Assembly: GCA_910588425.1 (NCBI GenBank)
Contig: CAJUPM010000001.1
Location: 162,827 to 202,826, forward strand
DNA length: 40,000 bases
Direction: 5' to 3'
Source: an uncultured Christensenellaceae bacterium
GTDB taxonomy: Bacteria > Bacillota > Clostridia > Christensenellales > Christensenellaceae
Below are positions 7,965-15,941 of the stretch, piece by piece. The stretch's first letter is position 1; every line of letters begins with the position of its first letter. Below the pieces are notes generated by a model that did no database searches, was not told where the DNA came from, and saw only the letters and a program-made list of their open reading frames with translations. Position numbers and translations under genes: made by a program.

Positions 7965-8453
7965 ATGGAGGATCCGGATCAGAGCTTTGAACAGGTGTTT
8001 GAGCGGAACATCCGCAGTGTATACCGCGCCTGCTATCTGCGGCTGCGCCACAAGCAGGATGCGGAAGATGCGGCGCAGGCGGTTTTTCTAAGCTATCTTG
8101 CCAGAAAGCGGCCGTTTGAAAATGAGCGCCATGAGCGCGCATGGTTTTTGAGGGCGGCGCACGATCGGGCGGTGGATATACAGCGCAGCGCTTGGCATCG
8201 GAGGCGCTCGGCGGGGCGGGCGCAGGAACAGGAACTGGTATCTCTTGATGAGGGAGAGATGGAAGCGCAGAGTATGCTTGCCGCGCTTCCGCCCAGCTTG
8301 CGGGAGGTGCTGGCGCTCTACTATATAGAAGGGCTGAGCGTCAGCCAGATTGCGAAAACTCTGCGGCGCACGCAAAGCACAGTCCGTGCACAGCTGACCA
8401 AAGGACGCAAACGGCTCAAACTGGAATGGGAGAGAGAAAATGAATGTGAATGA
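7965..8453 (+). CDS. RNA polymerase sigma factor, ECF (sigma-70 group 4) family
   Basis: Region 2 (DAEDAAQAVFLSYL) and region 4 HTH (LREVLALYYIEGLSVSQIAKTLRRTQSTVRAQLTKGRKRLK). AAAGGAG lies 8 nt upstream of ATG 7965. Confidence 0.85.
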   Translation: MEDPDQSFEQVFERNIRSVYRACYLRLRHKQDAEDAAQAVFLSYLARKRPFENERHERAWFLRAAHDRAVDIQRSAWHRRRSAGRAQEQELVSLDEGEMEAQSMLAALPPSLREVLALYYIEGLSVSQIAKTLRRTQSTVRAQLTKGRKRLKLEWERENECE

Positions 8454-9093
8454 GCTAAAAAAAGAATTGGAACAATATGAACCGACGGAGGAGCAGTGCT
8501 GCGCGATGAAGCGGCGCATTCAGGCCGGGAGGATGCAGAAAGCCCGAAGAGGAAAGGCAGTATGGCGCGCCGGAGCGGCGGTTTGCGCGGCTTGCCTGAT
8601 TGCGGCGGTGGGTCTGCTGGTATCCAGCTCCAAACAGACGGCGAACGTGCCGCCGGGTCCAGTGAGCGCGCAAGAGAGCGCCGGGCAAAGCCAGGTGCAG
8701 ATTCTGGCGCTGGGGGCCGGGCAGGAAGAAAAGCCGCAGGCTCTGCAAATCGGTATCGAAATGCCCTTGGGAGATTACCGGCTGGAATCCAGCATGACGC
8801 CCGGCTTTCCGTTTGTTTTCCAGTGGGAGCTGGAAGGGGAGAGCGGGGAGGTCAGCGTATCCAAGGGCAGCCTGCTGCGGTGGGACAGGCAGACGGGGCA
8901 GGTTACAGACGCCGGCAAACAGGTGGTCTGCAAAAACGGAGAGACGCTCTACTACTCCCCGTTAGAGGGCGGGCAGCCGGCCGAGAGCGATGCGCTCACG
9001 ATCCGCGTTGCTGGAGAGCGGCAGAGTGTGCTCATCCAGAGCCGGGAGGGCACCTATTTTGCAAAGATTCTGCCGGAAGAGATGCAGAGCTAA
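8440..9093 (+). CDS. putative anti-sigma factor (single-pass membrane protein)
   Basis: It overlaps the sigma gene by 14 nt, implying translational coupling. It has a short N-terminal cytoplasmic segment, one TM helix (AVCAACLIAAVGLLV) and an extracytoplasmic domain of about 150 aa that I cannot assign to a family. Confidence 0.55.
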   Translation: MNVNELKKELEQYEPTEEQCCAMKRRIQAGRMQKARRGKAVWRAGAAVCAACLIAAVGLLVSSSKQTANVPPGPVSAQESAGQSQVQILALGAGQEEKPQALQIGIEMPLGDYRLESSMTPGFPFVFQWELEGESGEVSVSKGSLLRWDRQTGQVTDAGKQVVCKNGETLYYSPLEGGQPAESDALTIRVAGERQSVLIQSREGTYFAKILPEEMQS

Positions 9094-10271
9094 ACGCTCG
9101 GGGAATGATAATCCTTGGAATTGGTGGAGAGCCCTTGCTGCTCCAGCCGGCTGTTCATAAACTGGCGCACGACGGAATAGAGCACGGCAAAGAGCGGGAT
9201 TCCCAGGATCATGCCCGGCACGCCGAACAGGCCGCCGCCCAGGATGATGGCAAAGACAACCCAAAAGGCAGTCAGCCCGGTGGATTCGCCCAAAATGCGC
9301 GGGCCGATGATCTGCGCGTCGATCTGCTGTGTTACGATCGTTAGGATGACGAAGATCAGCGCATATTTGGGCTCCACCAAAAACAGGAGAATCGCCGAGG
9401 GAATCGCTCCGATGAAGGGGCCGAAGAAGGGGATGATATCCGTGATGCCCATGATGGCGCTGATGAGCGCCGCATAGGGCAGGCGCATGATGGCCATGGC
9501 GATAAAGTTCAGCGCGAACAGGCAAAAGCTCTGCATGAGTTTGCCCGAGATATACCCGCCGAAAATATCGTTGGTTTCTCTGGAAAGCAGGATGATGCTG
9601 CCAGCAAATTTCTGCGGAAAGAGGGCATAGGTCGCCTTCTTGACCTGCGCGATAAACAGCTCCTTGGAAGAGAGCAGATAGGCCGAGACGACCAGCGCCA
9701 GCAGTGCGTCGCTGATGCCCGAGATGGCCGAGACGGTGATCTGGAAGCCGATATTGGCGATTTCCGGCGCGATGGTTTTGGCATATTCCATGGCGGAATC
9801 GATCATCGCATAGAGGGAATCCATATCGCCGACGTATTTTTCCAGATGGAATTTTGTGATGAGATCGCGAAATGCGGTATCCAAATCCCGCAGATACCCG
9901 GGCAGGTTCTGCACAAAGGCGGAAATACTGCTGGAAAGTTCGGGCAGGATGATGAAGAACAGGCCTACCAGCGCCAGCAGCACGATGAGGTAGACCACGG
10001 CGATGGAGAGCGTGCGGGCCAGAGAAGAGCGCCCGCCTTTTTTGCCCCGGAAGCGGAACACTCTTTGCTCGAAAAATTGCACTGGCTTATTGAACATATA
10101 TGCCAGGGCAAAGCCCCATAAAAAGGGATTTAAAATAAATAAAAACCGGCGGATAGTGGAAAAAACCTCGCCAAGATTGAAGACGACGGCGCATATTAAA
10201 ATGCAGGCGCCGGCCGCTAAAACGGCATAGGCGGTGATCGTCGTGTATTTTTTGTTCCAGTCAATTCTCAT
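9090..10271 (-). CDS. AI-2E family transporter (PerM/YtvI-like permease)
   Basis: Polytopic membrane protein with the family-typical C-terminal region (ITDIIPFFGPFIGAIPS ... PRILG). I prefer the ATG at 10271 because AAGAGGG lies upstream; the alternative start is 10298. Confidence 0.75.
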   Translation of the reverse strand: MRIDWNKKYTTITAYAVLAAGACILICAVVFNLGEVFSTIRRFLFILNPFLWGFALAYMFNKPVQFFEQRVFRFRGKKGGRSSLARTLSIAVVYLIVLLALVGLFFIILPELSSSISAFVQNLPGYLRDLDTAFRDLITKFHLEKYVGDMDSLYAMIDSAMEYAKTIAPEIANIGFQITVSAISGISDALLALVVSAYLLSSKELFIAQVKKATYALFPQKFAGSIILLSRETNDIFGGYISGKLMQSFCLFALNFIAMAIMRLPYAALISAIMGITDIIPFFGPFIGAIPSAILLFLVEPKYALIFVILTIVTQQIDAQIIGPRILGESTGLTAFWVVFAIILGGGLFGVPGMILGIPLFAVLYSVVRQFMNSRLEQQGLSTNSKDYHSPSV

Positions 10272-10373
10272 AACGGCCCTCTTTTTCTTTTTTATCATTA
10301 TTCCCAGAGATTGCTAGATTATGAGAGAAAAAATGCGCGGATTTGCCCGGGCGGGAGCGGCGGTTCGCGCAAT

Positions 10374-10405
10374 AAAAAGGCCTTGGCATTTGCCAAGGCT
10401 TTTTG
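10374..10405. terminator. bidirectional rho-independent terminator downstream of folT
   Basis: AAAAAGGCCTTGGCA-TT-TGCCAAGGCTTTTT. Confidence 0.75.
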
Positions 10406-10422
10406 GGATGTTTTTTCAGAAT

Positions 10423-10983
10423 TTACTGCGCATCGGCCTGCTGTTTGGACGAGGATTGAAGCGCGAGGTTCTGGGATAAGAACTTTTCGGTGGATTTGAG
10501 CAGCGCAAAGACCAGCGCCGTATGCACCGGGATGAGGATAAACGTGCTGATAGAGCGGAACCAAGCCACGCTCCCGGGCATTCCAAAGGAATAGATGAGG
10601 ATGAGCGTATTGCAGATAAACGAGCAGACAATTTGCCCGGCCGATACCGCCAGCAGTGTTTTCCAGAAACCATGCTGTTTGTTTTTCAGGAAAAACAGAG
10701 CAGGCAGCAGCCCCATCAGCGCGTTGGTCAGCGTAAACAGCGGCATATATGCGCCGAGCGGGCGGATGATCGAGCAAAGGATATCCGTCAGCGCGCCGAC
10801 GATAGCGCCGTATACCGGCCCCAGCGCGATGCCCGCATACATGACGATGCTGGCAGAGAAGTTGATATCTTTGATCAGGCCGCCGAACATGGAGACCGGG
10901 ATGCCCAAAAATGATTTTAAAACCACGGCGAGGGCAGTCAGCAGCGCGCCAAAGACAAGCTTGCGAGTTCGAGTTCTTTGCAA
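10423..10983 (-). CDS. folT: ECF transporter S component, folate family
   Basis: 186-aa protein with 5-6 TM helices and an N-terminus typical of ECF S components (TRKLVFGALLTALAVVL). It lies directly downstream of a THF riboswitch. The start codon is TTG, preceded by AAGGAGG. Confidence 0.75.
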   Translation of the reverse strand: MQRTRTRKLVFGALLTALAVVLKSFLGIPVSMFGGLIKDINFSASIVMYAGIALGPVYGAIVGALTDILCSIIRPLGAYMPLFTLTNALMGLLPALFFLKNKQHGFWKTLLAVSAGQIVCSFICNTLILIYSFGMPGSVAWFRSISTFILIPVHTALVFALLKSTEKFLSQNLALQSSSKQQADAQ

Positions 10984-11054
10984 AATAAAAACACCTCCTT
11001 TTTTTCAGAATGGAGAGCATACCAATAAAAAAGAAGTGCTTCTTCTCTTTTTTT

Positions 11055-11168
11055 GTGGCAGCGGACGCGAGGCTGTACCGCGGGGAAACCCCTTTCGTTC
11101 CCGGGCGACATCCCATCCCGAGACACTTCTTGGCTTTTGGCCATGACGCACAGGCCTCTACTCTGCAC
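11055..11168 (-). promoter_or_regulatory. THF (tetrahydrofolate) riboswitch
   Basis: The minus strand reads GCAGAGUAG..GCGU..GGGAUGGGAUGUCGCCCGGGAACGAAAGGGG..CCCCGCGG..CGCGUCCGCUGC. This matches the conserved cores of the Eubacterium siraeum THF riboswitch as I recall it (AGAGUAG, GCGU, UGGGAUGUC, AACGAA, GCGG, UCCGCU). It sits upstream of a folT-type gene. Confidence 0.85.
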
Positions 11169-11179
11169 ATTCTACCCCA

Positions 11180-11208
11180 AATATACCATATTCCGCGCGG
11201 CATGGCAA
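11180..11208 (-). promoter_or_regulatory. sigma-A promoter driving the THF riboswitch and folT
   Basis: On the minus strand: TTGCCA (11208-11203), 17-nt spacer, TGgTATATT (-10 at 11185-11180). Confidence 0.6.
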
Positions 11209-11314
11209 GAGAATATGCGGCCGGGCGGTGTAATATATTGAATGGGAAGAGAAAAACGAGATTGGAGCGGCTTTTCGCCGAAAAGATGGGCAGAGCCCGG
11301 GAGGAAAAGCAAGG

Positions 11315-11815
11315 ATGGCTGTTTTAAACCATATTGTGAGTCAAAATGATACGCTGGAGCGGCTCAGCAGGATGTACCGCGTGCCGGTTTGCATGATTCT
11401 GCGCGCGAATGAGGGGCAGAAGAACTTGCTTCGGCCAGGCAGGCGCATTGCGATCCCATTCCCTAATTTTTGCCTGGAAAAAGCGCAGAGCAGGGCATCG
11501 ATTTTTGAGAAAAACCGCTACCGGGTGCAGGCGGGGGATACGCTTTTTGGCATTGCGCAGAAATTTGGAACGACCATGCAGGCGATCATGGGGGAGAACA
11601 AGATTGCCCGGCCGGAGGAGCTTGGGCCAGGCAGGGAGATTGTGGTTTCTTGCCCAAGAGAGGGTTTTGTAGTATACTCATTAAAATCCACAGATACTCT
11701 AGAAGATGTGGCGTTAAAATTCGATGTGAGCGAGCGGGCGCTTTGGCGCTATAACGATATCGCCTGCGGCGCGTATCCGGGCATGCAGCTCATCATCCCT
11801 TTGGGAGAGAAATGA
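11315..11815 (+). CDS. LysM peptidoglycan-binding domain protein (three LysM repeats, no signal peptide)
   Basis: Three LysM-like units: HIVSQNDTLERLSRMY.., YRVQAGDTLFGIAQKFG.., YSLKSTDTLEDVALKFD... I see no N-terminal hydrophobic segment. Confidence 0.8.
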   Translation: MAVLNHIVSQNDTLERLSRMYRVPVCMILRANEGQKNLLRPGRRIAIPFPNFCLEKAQSRASIFEKNRYRVQAGDTLFGIAQKFGTTMQAIMGENKIARPEELGPGREIVVSCPREGFVVYSLKSTDTLEDVALKFDVSERALWRYNDIACGAYPGMQLIIPLGEK

Positions 11816-13512
11816 AAAAGATCGTACTTGTGGGCATCAACGCCAAATATACGCATACAAACCTGGCTATCCGGTATCTGGCGCAATACGCCGGGCATCC
11901 GGGAGTTGAGCTGTTTGAATGCACGATTAACCAGCCGGCAGAGCAGGTCGCGCAGGAACTTGCGGCGAAAAATGCCGCGCTCTACGGTTTTTCGGCGTAT
12001 ATCTGGAATATCGAATATATCCGCGCTCTGGCCAAGGCTGTGCCGGGAATTGTGCTGCTGGGCGGGCCGGAGGCCTCCTCGGCACCGGAGGAATACCTGG
12101 AGTTCGCGGATTACATCATCCGGGGCGAGGGGGAAGAGGCCTTTCGCATTTTTGCGGACAAGCTGGAGCGGGGAGAGGATCTGAGAGGGACGCCTTCGCT
12201 TTGCTATTTGCAGGATGGGGCGCTTCGGCAAAACCCGCCTGCGCCTTATGTGGATTTGGCCGGCCTGCTCATTCCATATGAGAATTTGCAGAAATTTTCG
12301 GGCAGGGTGCTTTACTACGAATCCTCCCGGGGCTGCCCGTTCCGCTGTGCCTATTGCCTCTCCTCTCTTTCGGGGGGCGTGCGGTTTGCGCCGGTTTCCA
12401 AAGTTTTGGCAGATCTCGACCGGTTTACGGCGGCAGGCGTGATGAAGGTGAAGTTTGTAGACCGCACTTTTAACGCGAATCCGGCCAGAGCCAGAGAGAT
12501 TTTCGAGCATATCATTCGAAGCGGCGGCGGGACGGATTTCCACTTTGAAATTGCCGCAGATTTATTGGACGAGCAGGCCTGCGCTTTGCTGGAGCGCGCC
12601 CGCCCCGGGCAGATTCAGCTGGAGATCGGCGTGCAGTCCACGCATCAGCCGACGCTTGCCGCCATAAAGCGGGTGCAGGATTTTGGCTATACCGCCAAAA
12701 TGGTGCAGCGGCTGGCCAAGGCGAAGAATCTGCACCTACACCTGGATCTCATTGCCGGATTGCCGCTGGAGGGGATGGAGCAATTTTGCCGCTCTATCGA
12801 CGACGTGATGGCGCTGGGGGCGGAGAAAGTGCAGCTGGGATTTTTAAAAGTGCTCAAAGGCTCCAAAATGCAGGAAATGGCCGAAGAGTACGGCATTTTA
12901 TATCACGCTTCGGCGCCCTACGAAGTCTGCCAGACGGCGCAGCTTTCCGGCAGGGAGCTGGCAAAGCTGCATCAAGTGGAATATTTGCTGGATCGAACCT
13001 ATAATTCCGGGCTGTTCCGGCATGTGGTAAATTATTTCGGCCGGCAGATGGGCTATGCCAATTTCTATTTGCAGCTTTCAGAACAGCTGGAGCAGGAGGA
13101 GATTTCGCCCAGAGCGCTGGGGGAGAAGCAGCTGGCCGAGGCTTTGCTGCGCTTTTGCCAAAGAAGCGGGGAACAGATGGCGAAGGAAATGCTCCGGCTG
13201 GATTTGCTGATCAAAAAGCGCCGGCCAAAACTGCCGGCTGCCCTGGAATGCGATGCGCCCTGGAAGCGGGAGCTTTTCCGCGAAAATCCGGAGATGCTCC
13301 AAAGCCTGCCTGCGGGCAAGCGAGCCTGGCACTATGCGCGGCTGGAGGATTTTTCGCTGGATCTCTGCCGCTATCTCAAAGAGGGAGAAATTTGCCCTGG
13401 GCAAGGCAGATATTTATTTGACTACACAGATTGGTCGCTTCATGATTTGCAGACGGGGCAGGAGGCCGGCTTTGGGAGCGCCCTGCCGGTTTTGCCCAGG
13501 TGGGAAGCATAA
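11812..13512 (+). CDS. B12-binding domain radical SAM protein (DUF4080-type C-terminus)
   Basis: N-terminal B12-binding-like domain (VLVGINAKYTHTNLAIRYL) and a radical SAM cluster motif (SSRGCPFRCAYC). Its ATG overlaps the LysM stop codon (ATGA). Confidence 0.8.
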   Translation: MKKIVLVGINAKYTHTNLAIRYLAQYAGHPGVELFECTINQPAEQVAQELAAKNAALYGFSAYIWNIEYIRALAKAVPGIVLLGGPEASSAPEEYLEFADYIIRGEGEEAFRIFADKLERGEDLRGTPSLCYLQDGALRQNPPAPYVDLAGLLIPYENLQKFSGRVLYYESSRGCPFRCAYCLSSLSGGVRFAPVSKVLADLDRFTAAGVMKVKFVDRTFNANPARAREIFEHIIRSGGGTDFHFEIAADLLDEQACALLERARPGQIQLEIGVQSTHQPTLAAIKRVQDFGYTAKMVQRLAKAKNLHLHLDLIAGLPLEGMEQFCRSIDDVMALGAEKVQLGFLKVLKGSKMQEMAEEYGILYHASAPYEVCQTAQLSGRELAKLHQVEYLLDRTYNSGLFRHVVNYFGRQMGYANFYLQLSEQLEQEEISPRALGEKQLAEALLRFCQRSGEQMAKEMLRLDLLIKKRRPKLPAALECDAPWKRELFRENPEMLQSLPAGKRAWHYARLEDFSLDLCRYLKEGEICPGQGRYLFDYTDWSLHDLQTGQEAGFGSALPVLPRWEA

Positions 13513-13544
13513 GCAAAAAGAGCAGGAATTCCTGCTCTTTTTGC
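13513..13544. terminator. bidirectional terminator (perfect palindrome)
   Basis: GCAAAAAGAGCAGGAATTCCTGCTCTTTTTGC. Confidence 0.75.
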
Positions 13545-13666
13545 TTTGCTGAAAAATGATTAAAATTTTTTTGGAAGGCATGTATAAACCTCAAAAACCT
13601 GGCAAGAATATAGGCATACAGCGAAACGCTGTATCAAAAGTTTCCCGTTTCATTTTTCCTCTATTT

Positions 13667-13707
13667 AAAAAGCCGTGGAGAGCAGAAATGTTCTCCACGG
13701 TCTTTTT
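13667..13707. terminator. bidirectional rho-independent terminator downstream of the minus-strand membrane protein gene
   Basis: AAAAAG-CCGTGGAGA-gcagaaatgt-TCTCCACGG-TCTTTTT. Confidence 0.75.
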
Positions 13708-13720
13708 ATGCAAAAAGGAG

Positions 13721-14347
13721 CTATTTCCTGCGGCCTTTTTTGCCCGTAACAAACTGCACGATCAGGCCGGATAAAAGGAAGGCAGCCATGGCGACGATCA
13801 GCGTCGTGCGGTAGGAGATGTAGAAAGCCGAGACTTTTCCGCCAAGAGCAGCCAGCGTGCCGCCCGAGAGAATCCAGCTAAAGTTCATGATGGTATAGCC
13901 GCCGTACAGCACCAGGCCAACGGCGCCGGTGAAGGCGGTGGAGAGAATGATGCAGACGCGCCGGTAGGCCAGCGTGAGAAAGCCCGCGCAGACGGCCAGC
14001 ACGATGATGATGACTGTGGGCAGCGTACTGCTGATGGGAATGCCGAAAAGCGTCATGAGCATGATGGCGACGCAAATGCCGAAAATGGCGCCCGTCAGGA
14101 AAATGCCGAAGTTATAGATAAAATAGGATAAACTGCCCAGAATGATGCCGATGATGACAGCGACGATGATGGCCGTCGTCTGGGAGAGATGCGCATATTG
14201 CAGCAAAAGAGAATAGGCATAATACCCGCCGAACAGCACGCCCATGCAGGTGAAGAGCAGGCGGATATGCCGGTAGCCGAAAAAGCAAAGCGTGATGCAC
14301 AGCACGCTGGTTAAAACCAAAAACAGAAGCAAGATGATTCCAGACAT
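13721..14347 (-). CDS. integral membrane protein, DUF4203 (TM7S3/TMEM198-like) type
   Basis: About 7 TM helices. The N-terminal pattern CFFGYRHIRLLFTCMGVLFGGY resembles DUF4203. I chose the ATG at 14347 (GAGGG upstream); the ORF-track start at 14383 is a TTG lying inside the -10 box. Confidence 0.55.
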   Translation of the reverse strand: MSGIILLLFLVLTSVLCITLCFFGYRHIRLLFTCMGVLFGGYYAYSLLLQYAHLSQTTAIIVAVIIGIILGSLSYFIYNFGIFLTGAIFGICVAIMLMTLFGIPISSTLPTVIIIVLAVCAGFLTLAYRRVCIILSTAFTGAVGLVLYGGYTIMNFSWILSGGTLAALGGKVSAFYISYRTTLIVAMAAFLLSGLIVQFVTGKKGRRK

Positions 14348-14382
14348 TTTTTCCCTCAAGCAATCTTTAGATTCTTTTTTCA

Positions 14383-14411
14383 ATTATAGAGCAATTCACT
14401 TTTTCTGTCAA
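14383..14411 (-). promoter_or_regulatory. consensus sigma-A promoter
   Basis: On the minus strand: TTGACA (14411-14406), 17-nt spacer, TATAAT (14388-14383). Confidence 0.65.
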
Positions 14412-14450
14412 AGCGCTCATATGTTTTGCGCACCTGGATACAATAAGTGC

Positions 14451-14837
14451 ATGGAAAAAACAAGTTGCAAGAAAAAAAGCTGGAAAGAGAATAAATGGGT
14501 GCGCGGGGCGTTTGGCCTGGGCATCGGCCTGGTCAACGGTTTTTTTGGCTCGGCGGGCGGCATTTTTGCCGTGCAGACGATGGAGAAGCTGGGACTGGAG
14601 GAAAAGAAAAGCCACGCGACTTCCATTCTGGCGATTCTGCCCATGTCCATTGCCAGCGGAGTGGTCTATTTTCTGGGCGGGCATATCCCCTTTGACGGCA
14701 ATACATGGATGCTGCTGGGCGGCGCGTGTGCAGGCGGGCTGATTGGGGCGATGCTGCTCGGCAAGCTCAAGGGAGATATCGTAGATGCGATTTTTACGCT
14801 GCTCATTTTGGCTTCAGGTGTGAGGATGCTGTTCTGA
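14451..14837 (+). CDS. TSUP/TauE-SafE family permease, half-size (N-terminal-type 4-TM unit)
   Basis: GLVNGFFGSAGGIF motif and about 4 TM helices. There is no clear SD before ATG 14451, so the start is uncertain. Confidence 0.65.
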   Translation: MEKTSCKKKSWKENKWVRGAFGLGIGLVNGFFGSAGGIFAVQTMEKLGLEEKKSHATSILAILPMSIASGVVYFLGGHIPFDGNTWMLLGGACAGGLIGAMLLGKLKGDIVDAIFTLLILASGVRMLF

Positions 14838-15244
14838 TGTGGTTTTTAATTTCGGGTATTCTGTTTGGGACGATTGCCGGCATGGGCATGGGGGGAGGCA
14901 TTATCCTCATCCCGGTGCTCACGGTCTTTCTGGGAGTGGATCAGCAGGGAGCCCAGGGGCTCAACCTGCTCTGTTTTCTGCCCATGGCTGGCTTTGCGCT
15001 CTTCTCGCATATCAAGCATAAGCGGGTGGATTTTTCCTGGGCTATCGCGCTGGGGCTGGGCGGGCTGGCGGGCTCGCTTCTGGGCGCCTATCTGGCCGGA
15101 TTGATGAAAAACGAGGTGCTGGGCAAGATTTTTGGCGGACTGCTGATTTTGCTGGGCGGCTGGCGCGCATTCGGGCAGATTTCCAACATGATCAAAAAGA
15201 AAAAAAGCAAGGCAAACCAAAGCTGCTGCAATCCTGAAAAATAG
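14837..15244 (+). CDS. TSUP/TauE-SafE family permease, half-size (second 4-TM unit)
   Basis: GMGMGGGIILIPVL motif and about 4 TM helices. Its ATG overlaps the upstream TGA by 1 nt (TGATG), with GTGAGGA as SD. Confidence 0.7.
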   Translation: MWFLISGILFGTIAGMGMGGGIILIPVLTVFLGVDQQGAQGLNLLCFLPMAGFALFSHIKHKRVDFSWAIALGLGGLAGSLLGAYLAGLMKNEVLGKIFGGLLILLGGWRAFGQISNMIKKKKSKANQSCCNPEK

Positions 15245-15252
15245 GGAAGATG

Positions 15253-15277
15253 CCCGCGCCGTCCGGCGCGGGTTTTT
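15253..15277 (+). terminator. rho-independent terminator
   Basis: CCCGCGCCG-TC-CGGCGCGGG followed by TTTTT. Confidence 0.8.
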
Positions 15278-15359
15278 GCTGCCCAACGGGACGGCTGGAC
15301 ATTTGCGCCTGTTTGCGGGATAATGAAAAGCAGAATTTTGGCAAACAGGAGAGATGAGC

Positions 15360-15941
15360 ATGAAATATATTTTGGCCTCTGCTTCGCCCAGAAGGCAGCA
15401 GCTGCTGGCGCTGGTGCTGGATGGCTCGTTTGAGATTCAGGTCAGCGATGCGGATGAGAAGACGGCGCTTTCGGATCCGGCGGAATTGGTGCAGGAGCTG
15501 GCCAAGCGCAAGGCCAGGGCAGTCGCGAAAGGGCAGGAGGACGCAGTCATTTTCGGCGCGGATACCGTCGTGGCTCTGGAGGGACAGACTTTGGGCAAGC
15601 CCAAAGACAGGCAGCAGGCAAAAGCCATGCTGGAGCGGCTTTCCGGCAAGACGCACACCGTCTATACGGGCATTGCGCTTCTGCATACCAAAAGCGGGCA
15701 TATGCTTTGCGAGGCAGACAGCACGCAGGTTACTTTTGCGCCCATGCGGCCGGAAGAGATTGAGGCGTATCTGGATACGGGAGAATATGCCGATAAGGCG
15801 GGAGCATACGGCATTCAGGGCGGCGCGGCAAAACATATCGAGAAAATCGACGGATGCTATTTCAACGTGATGGGCCTGCCCGTGCACCGCACATATGAGC
15901 TGCTCAAGAAACTGATGGGAGAGAGCGATGGGGCACTATAA
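15360..15941 (+). CDS. maf: Maf-like nucleoside triphosphate pyrophosphatase (septum formation protein)
   Basis: N-terminus ILASASPRRQQLL, and YGIQG near the C-terminus. GGAGAG lies 6 nt upstream of ATG 15360. Confidence 0.9.
   Translation: MKYILASASPRRQQLLALVLDGSFEIQVSDADEKTALSDPAELVQELAKRKARAVAKGQEDAVIFGADTVVALEGQTLGKPKDRQQAKAMLERLSGKTHTVYTGIALLHTKSGHMLCEADSTQVTFAPMRPEEIEAYLDTGEYADKAGAYGIQGGAAKHIEKIDGCYFNVMGLPVHRTYELLKKLMGESDGAL

Noticed and set aside
8496-9344. 282-aa plus-strand ORF rich in Arg/Gly/Ala
   Set aside because: It is an alternative frame of the anti-sigma candidate and an antisense frame of the AI-2E transporter. It has no SD and looks like frame-shifted GC-rich sequence.
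10319-11203. 294-aa ORF on the minus strand spanning folT and its leader
   Set aside because: It is out of frame with the membrane-protein frame that gives clean TM helices. It runs straight through the THF riboswitch and the promoter, and its sequence is Arg/Cys/Gly-rich.
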